A stretch of 64,000 bases of DNA from a virus (Duplodnaviria; Heunggongvirae; Uroviricota; Caudoviricetes), in IMG/VR virus record IMGVR_UViG_3300033120_000611. One strand, written 5' to 3'. The notes beneath the pieces were generated by a model. That model was not told where the DNA came from and did no database searches. It worked only from the letters and a program-made list of their open reading frames with translations. Position numbers and translations under genes: made by a program. Each line of letters begins with the position of its first letter. The first letter of the stretch is position 1. Positions 58,282 to 64,000 of this stretch are shown in pieces.

Positions 58282-59997
58282 ATGCCAGTAACGTTCGAAA
58301 CAGACTTAAAAGATCTTAAGGAATTTGGATATGTTCCACAGATTCCTATCCAAGCTTTATTCCAAAACCTGGGATATAAGCAGCAAAGATATGATCAGGC
58401 CGCTCAGGATATTCAACATCAGCTTGATAATCTATGGGATATACCATCCTATGGACAGGATACTGTTCGTAAACAACAGATTATTGATGATGTTAATTCC
58501 AAGCTAAAAGACTTTGCCGGTAAAGATCTAGGAACTGATCAAAGAGCTAGAGCTGATTTACAAGCTCTCATAGGTCAGACAATTAATTCCCCAGATCTTC
58601 AGGGTATTGCTGCCAGGGGAACTTGGTATAAGCAACTCCAAGCTAAGAGAAGAGAACTAACTAAAGATGGTTCCTCAATAGCACCATGGAATGATCCGGC
58701 TCAGAACCCCGAGGTAAATGCTTATTTCAGTGGAGCAGTTCCATTCGACCCTAACAAAAGGTTCGATCACCTTGATGTTACTAAGGATGTGGATATGAAT
58801 GAGTTTGGCAAACAAGTAAATGCTACTGTTCCTGAATCTGAATGGATCGCAAAGAGGGGTATGTATAATGACAAGTTCAAAGCTAAGGGAGAGAATACTC
58901 TGACTGCAGCATATCTTGAAAGACTACAGAATAATCCAGCGGCCCTAAGAGAACAAAGATCAAAGTTTGATTATGAGAATGCCGGAACAAACTGGAAAGA
59001 CGTGGGTAATAGGGAGTATATGGCAACAAGACTTAGTGCTCTACAGAACGTCAATATGATTAAGCAGAAGCAATCTCTCAAACCACCTACAACTCCAGAT
59101 GAGAAAGCTATGTACGCTGCTGAGCTGGAAGATGCTACTAATGCAGTAACTGAATTAGATCAGCAACACCAGTATAGTGATCCATCTATACGTAAGGAGA
59201 AAGCCTTTAAAGATTACCTTACTAGCCTAGCAGCAAATCATGCTAGAGCTACTATGTACCATAATAATACTGAGCATACCTTAGATGATGTAGATAAGAT
59301 GGGCATTCAATTACAGAATGACCTTAAGAAGATATCTGCAGAAGGTGACAAAGAGATTAGAGTCAATGATGCTAAGGAAGCTGCTAAGAGTGGCGGGGGA
59401 GCTTTTGGATCTATATTACTAGATGATTTTATGAGAAGTCTTAAAGCGCCTACTGGATCAGTTTCTGGTGACTCTAAGTTCTTTACACTAATAGCTGGTA
59501 AGAAGTATGATGCTAGTAATCCATTAACAACTAAGGATCTCGCTAAGGACCTGAATATTCCTAATGCAGAATCAATAGCTGGAGATAATAGCTGGACTCC
59601 TATCAACCACGTTCCGGAGGTAGTAAATAAAGCTGTAGGCCAATTAAGTATAAAAACTGAAGATGGCGTAACTATTCACCCGGCAAATTTGGTTACTGAC
59701 GAAAAAAGTAATAGACTTGTATTCAAGTCTGCTGATGGAAAGACTATAGGTTATGTGGTTAATGTTCCAAACACTGATGGATCTGTTACTAAACAGTTCC
59801 AAACTATGGACCTGGATGCTGCTAGAACCCATGCACTTATAGGAACATCTAAGGCAGCTCAACAAGCTATCCTTAATTATACAGAAAATGATTTTAATAA
59901 CAGGGAGGCTGTAAAGGCTTCAAAGAAACCTGCAGCTACAGTAGTTGCTGCTCCTAATGCAGCTTATACAAATCCTAAAGATACAACCAACTTCTAA
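58282..59997 (+). CDS. virion-associated hypothetical protein (571 aa)
   Basis: Charged, helical ORF between the two large proteins. Its stop overlaps the start of the next ORF (TAATG). Confidence 0.45.
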   Translation: MPVTFETDLKDLKEFGYVPQIPIQALFQNLGYKQQRYDQAAQDIQHQLDNLWDIPSYGQDTVRKQQIIDDVNSKLKDFAGKDLGTDQRARADLQALIGQTINSPDLQGIAARGTWYKQLQAKRRELTKDGSSIAPWNDPAQNPEVNAYFSGAVPFDPNKRFDHLDVTKDVDMNEFGKQVNATVPESEWIAKRGMYNDKFKAKGENTLTAAYLERLQNNPAALREQRSKFDYENAGTNWKDVGNREYMATRLSALQNVNMIKQKQSLKPPTTPDEKAMYAAELEDATNAVTELDQQHQYSDPSIRKEKAFKDYLTSLAANHARATMYHNNTEHTLDDVDKMGIQLQNDLKKISAEGDKEIRVNDAKEAAKSGGGAFGSILLDDFMRSLKAPTGSVSGDSKFFTLIAGKKYDASNPLTTKDLAKDLNIPNAESIAGDNSWTPINHVPEVVNKAVGQLSIKTEDGVTIHPANLVTDEKSNRLVFKSADGKTIGYVVNVPNTDGSVTKQFQTMDLDAARTHALIGTSKAAQQAILNYTENDFNNREAVKASKKPAATVVAAPNAAYTNPKDTTNF

Positions 59998-62900
59998 TGC
60001 CAGAAAATATAGATCTCCTTTATACGAAGCTATCTGCTAAGCAAGGTATCAATCTACCGGATATTCAAACCTTTAAACAAAGGTATGATAATCCAGATGG
60101 AATGGCCTTGCTACATAGCAAGATGTCTAACATGGCTAATGTAAATATACCTGACCTTGAAACATTTAAGGGAAGATATATGAGTCCTCAGGGAACGCAG
60201 GCTACTCAATCAGCTGAACCTGATTATGATTTTATTAAGAGTCTCTATGATAAGAAACCTATATCTGAGGCTGTTTCAACTATACTTGGGGATACCCCTG
60301 ATGTCCCTGAAAAGCCAGTAAAGACTGGAGAACCAACTGGTGATCCATTCATAGATGCTGGTATGTATGTATACAACAAATTCTTTAATAAGGAGTTTGA
60401 TAAAGAAGCAGCTAAATCAGCCGGAGATAAGTTTGATGCATATCAACAACCATCAAAACCTGAGGCTTTGCCTACATTCTCATCTCCAGAGCAGGAGAGA
60501 GATTATCATCTTACTAAGATTAAGGACGTAACTGCTAAGACAGATAGCGCTCTTAATAACATCATTAGGGCTTCTGGCGCAGAACCAAGTCCGACTAGTC
60601 AGAAAATCTTTGCTGCCGGCCTTGGACTTAATACTGAGTTCACTCAAAATAGTGATGGAGAACTAATAAAGGTTTATAAGCCTCTACCTGGTGCTCCAAA
60701 TGTTCAACAGATTGAAGATCAGAAAAAGCAGGTAGCTGACTTCTATGCTAATAAGATAGATGAGGTAGATAAGAAGTACGACAAGAGTGTACATGATCTA
60801 TACTCTACATTTGGTGTAAGCCTTGTCCCTAACTTTGTTAAGGAATTACTTCCGGACCCTAATATAGCTAAGCTTAATGGAGATAAGAAAAAAGAGATAG
60901 GAGATATTATTACTGAACGTGATAAGACCCTATCTTTACTAAATACCAAGCTACTTGATACTACACCTATATCAAAGTATGATGAGGATGGAGTTGATAT
61001 CAGTAAGATATCTAGTATAACAAATAATGATAACCTAAGTGCTCAGGATAAGATAGCTAAGTTATCACAATCTATTGATCACTTTAAGGCTGTAAATAAA
61101 GACCTTAAACTAGACATTGATCCTCAGACTCAAAATTCTGAGTTTATGTCTGCTGCCCAACAGCGTGGTATAGATCTAATGTATGCTGATAATCCTAATG
61201 TTCAGGCAGTTAAGAAGGATGTCTATGGACATTACATTAAGGATGGTCTTGGATACTCAGATGCAATTACAAGACAACAAGCATTATATGTAGGAGCTGT
61301 TGATCTATTCAATAGAGCTAGCTCTGAAGTTGAAGCCGGAATTGAATCCCTTAAATCTAATAATAGGGAGATGGCTCAATACCAGAATATTATAACCGGT
61401 GGTAAGCCAGTTAAGCTTGGTCCTAATCTTGTTACTCCAGAGAAGGCTAGAGAGAAGCTACAAGAACTAGCTGCTCTTAATACTTCTATCACTGAAGCTA
61501 TCAAGTCACAAAGAGATTACAAAGATAATCTCCAGTCTATCATAGATGATAAGACTCTTTCATATCAATCTCAGTTAAAGCAACAGGAGAGAGTTAATAA
61601 GCTTAGCGCTTACGCACCAATAACTACAAGACTCACTGAGTCAATATCAGATATATCAGCTAATCTGGCTAAGGCAGAAGTATCAAGAATCCAGGACTGG
61701 ACAGCTGCGGATAATAAAGCTGCAGCTCTACATGAGATTCTAACTAATGACTTTGATAAGGCTTTTATCAAGACTCAGGTCATGGATAAGTTCGATAATA
61801 CATTGAAGACTTATGCTGAAGAAGAAGCCATACAACTATATGATGATAAGGGAAACTGGAATCCATATGTAAATCCACAAGCTATTTGGTACAATACAGT
61901 TAAGACTGGTATTGAGAGTGAGATACTTGGGGGATTTATGTCAGCTGGGAAGTACCTAGCTGATCCTTTGTTTAAGGGATTAGATGCTGCTATTACAAGA
62001 GGAGCTGATAACCTTATGACTAAGGTTGCCGGGCCATATGATTTTGAGACTGCTTCATTAGGAAGATCTGCTTTCAAAGTCGGAGGTGGTATACTACAAG
62101 ATGGTATTATCAAAGCTGGTAACTTTGCTACTCAGGGATACGTAGCCACAATGCTTCCTACATACATGATGTATGGTGATCAAATGATAGATCAGGAACT
62201 TGCTAAAGGCCTAAGCTATCATGATGCCCATGAGGTAGGAAAGTATAGAGCTTATGTAGAAGGATTTACTGAGCTTGCATTTAAGAATGAAATGAACTTC
62301 TTTAACCAGACTATTGGTTCAGGAGGTATAAGAAACTTTGCTCACCTAGCAGAAGATGATGTTTATCGTAGACTTATCCTGGATGCTTCTACAAGGAAGT
62401 TTGGAACAGAGATGGGACTTAAGGTAGCCAATGCATATTTTACTGGTGGTAAGGTAGCTAAAGAAGTTATAAAGGTACTTGCTGAGGAAGCTGGGGAAGA
62501 AATAGAAGGTAATGTACTAAATGCTAAGGTAGTAGATCCAATAGCTAAGAAAGCTCAACCTGGCTACTTATCTTCTGAAGATCTAACCTTTCAGAATGCT
62601 ATTAATACTGCCATTACAACTGCAGCTACTATGCTTCCAATGGGAGGCACGATGGGATTAAATATACACAAGGAGAACTTGTCTGCAAGAGAGCAGGCTA
62701 GATTTACTATTGGCCAGAACCCAGAAACATATCTAACAACTCTATTATCTGCATATAATGCCGGAGCTATCTCAAAGCCTGACTTTGAGAGACAGGCAGC
62801 TGCAGTTAATACTTATAAGACTGCTCACGACACTGCTTTAGGTATTGCATCCCAGAATCCAAACTGGCACATGTACAACCAACAAGAAAGAGATCTTCTT

Positions 62901-64000
62901 TCTTTCAGGTTGTTTAACAACTTAGCTACGCAGGAAAGACTATCTAAGAATCTTGCTGAGGCTCAAACTGACGAACAAAAGGCTACTCTAGTTAAGTCCC
63001 TGGACTTCCTATCTTCAAACTTTCTAGAATTAACTAGTAAGGGTGTATACAAGTCAGAAGAAGATCGGGTATCCCATAAAACAAAAGAGTTAAACTACTA
63101 TGTAAATCCTGAATCTCTGAAGGTATACAATGATGTAACTACCCTGGCCAACATAGGCAAGCAACTTGTTAGTGAGGTGACTAATGAGCCTAGTCAGAAA
63201 CTAAAGGACCTATATAATCAGAAATCTGAGTTAGTTGCTAATAGGATAAAAGAAGTACGTGCTGCTGAAGAAGAAGCGGCTAAACCAGAAACTGATAAGG
63301 CTGATGCTAATAATGAAGCTAGGACTATAGGTATAGTAAGAGATGGTAAGGAGGAAACATTGGATATGAATACTCCATACTACGCATCACGTATAGAAGA
63401 TGTATCTACTACCGGTAAGAAAATAATAACCAGGCCAGAAATAACTATTCTCCATGATAATGGAGATGGTACTGTGCTAGTATCTAGTAATGGAGAAACA
63501 GCTACTCTACCTAAAGATGATCTAAGTAAATTCAAGTTTACCAAGAAGAGTACTATCGAAACTATGAGGAAGGCTGGTGATCCTAAAGCATTTGCTTTTG
63601 ATCACGAGAATGATGTATTCTCATATGACTTTAATAGCGCTACTGAGGATCGTCCTAAGACAGTTGAGGGTCGTATAAAGTATAATCCTACTTCAAATGC
63701 TATAGAGCTTGTGTACAAGAATAGCAAGGGAAAGACTTTATCTTATAAACTAAGTAAGTCAGACCTAGCTAAACTATCTGATAATAGTTCACGTCTCAAG
63801 TTTAAGAGAACATTAGAGACTGATGCTGAGTATGGAGCTAAGCAAGCTATTCTCCAGAAGGAAGCTAGTGCAACAAACTTTGATAATCTACAATCTCAAT
63901 CAGCTAGACGTGCTGAGTTTATAAAGCAATATATAGACTCTAAGGTAGAGTCTTTGAAAGCTAATAGGGAACAAGTACGACTAACTGAAAATAGTCTTCT
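59997..64000 (+). CDS. very large ORF (more than 1334 aa), truncated by the window end; virion/cargo protein candidate
   Basis: I translated it by hand from the ATG at 59997 and it stays open to 64000 with no stop. It is absent from the ORF track, presumably because it is incomplete. K/E/D-rich and helical. Confidence 0.6.
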   Translation, partial: MPENIDLLYTKLSAKQGINLPDIQTFKQRYDNPDGMALLHSKMSNMANVNIPDLETFKGRYMSPQGTQATQSAEPDYDFIKSLYDKKPISEAVSTILGDTPDVPEKPVKTGEPTGDPFIDAGMYVYNKFFNKEFDKEAAKSAGDKFDAYQQPSKPEALPTFSSPEQERDYHLTKIKDVTAKTDSALNNIIRASGAEPSPTSQKIFAAGLGLNTEFTQNSDGELIKVYKPLPGAPNVQQIEDQKKQVADFYANKIDEVDKKYDKSVHDLYSTFGVSLVPNFVKELLPDPNIAKLNGDKKKEIGDIITERDKTLSLLNTKLLDTTPISKYDEDGVDISKISSITNNDNLSAQDKIAKLSQSIDHFKAVNKDLKLDIDPQTQNSEFMSAAQQRGIDLMYADNPNVQAVKKDVYGHYIKDGLGYSDAITRQQALYVGAVDLFNRASSEVEAGIESLKSNNREMAQYQNIITGGKPVKLGPNLVTPEKAREKLQELAALNTSITEAIKSQRDYKDNLQSIIDDKTLSYQSQLKQQERVNKLSAYAPITTRLTESISDISANLAKAEVSRIQDWTAADNKAAALHEILTNDFDKAFIKTQVMDKFDNTLKTYAEEEAIQLYDDKGNWNPYVNPQAIWYNTVKTGIESEILGGFMSAGKYLADPLFKGLDAAITRGADNLMTKVAGPYDFETASLGRSAFKVGGGILQDGIIKAGNFATQGYVATMLPTYMMYGDQMIDQELAKGLSYHDAHEVGKYRAYVEGFTELAFKNEMNFFNQTIGSGGIRNFAHLAEDDVYRRLILDASTRKFGTEMGLKVANAYFTGGKVAKEVIKVLAEEAGEEIEGNVLNAKVVDPIAKKAQPGYLSSEDLTFQNAINTAITTAATMLPMGGTMGLNIHKENLSAREQARFTIGQNPETYLTTLLSAYNAGAISKPDFERQAAAVNTYKTAHDTALGIASQNPNWHMYNQQERDLLSFRLFNNLATQERLSKNLAEAQTDEQKATLVKSLDFLSSNFLELTSKGVYKSEEDRVSHKTKELNYYVNPESLKVYNDVTTLANIGKQLVSEVTNEPSQKLKDLYNQKSELVANRIKEVRAAEEEAAKPETDKADANNEARTIGIVRDGKEETLDMNTPYYASRIEDVSTTGKKIITRPEITILHDNGDGTVLVSSNGETATLPKDDLSKFKFTKKSTIETMRKAGDPKAFAFDHENDVFSYDFNSATEDRPKTVEGRIKYNPTSNAIELVYKNSKGKTLSYKLSKSDLAKLSDNSSRLKFKRTLETDAEYGAKQAILQKEASATNFDNLQSQSARRAEFIKQYIDSKVESLKANREQVRLTENSL

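Overview
This window looks like a double-stranded DNA phage genome segment from a low-GC, Bacteroidota-type host, possibly crAss-like in architecture. I infer that from gene content only, with no database search, and could not confirm it. The window has three parts.

(1) Bases 1-6600, all on the minus strand, hold a tightly coupled accessory operon bracketed by three tRNA genes (Trp-CCA candidate, Met-CAT, Arg-TCT). It encodes a complete NitT/TauT-type ABC transporter: an ATPase, a permease, a small hydrophobic peptide, and a membrane-anchored SsuA-like binding protein fused to a C-terminal OmpA-like peptidoglycan-binding domain. Two coiled-coil proteins, one of them membrane-anchored, and two hypothetical proteins complete the operon. 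A bidirectional terminator ends the operon.

(2) Bases 6600-17800 hold about 30 small minus-strand genes typical of a phage early or host-takeover module. These include lipoproteins, membrane proteins, two tandem paralog pairs, and a Cys-rich peptide with a double-glycine-type leader. Nearly all are preceded by a conserved A/C-rich upstream motif (TTAAC[TC]CAAAACAAA-like). Four unusually long noncoding gaps contain hairpins.

(3) From a divergent switch region at 17.75-18.05 kb, which carries GGGGTAT repeats, the plus strand encodes the late and structural module. In order it contains an HExxH metallopeptidase-like protein, a GroES co-chaperonin homolog and small proteins, then TerS candidate, TerL, portal, an SPFH/band-7 protein, a lipoprotein moron, a scaffold-like acidic protein and a major capsid candidate. 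After the capsid genes come structural and tail proteins including a beta-helix fibre, and a lysis cassette of two holin-like proteins, a two-TM spanin-like protein, a GH108 endolysin and a GH19 lysozyme. Next are a cluster of five Cys-rich fibre-like proteins, a DUF559 endonuclease, a metallophosphoesterase and several hypotheticals. The module ends with a run of giant virion-type proteins of 2217 aa, 1156 aa, 571 aa and more than 1334 aa; the last runs off the end of the window.

There is no CRISPR array, integrase, reverse transcriptase or rRNA.
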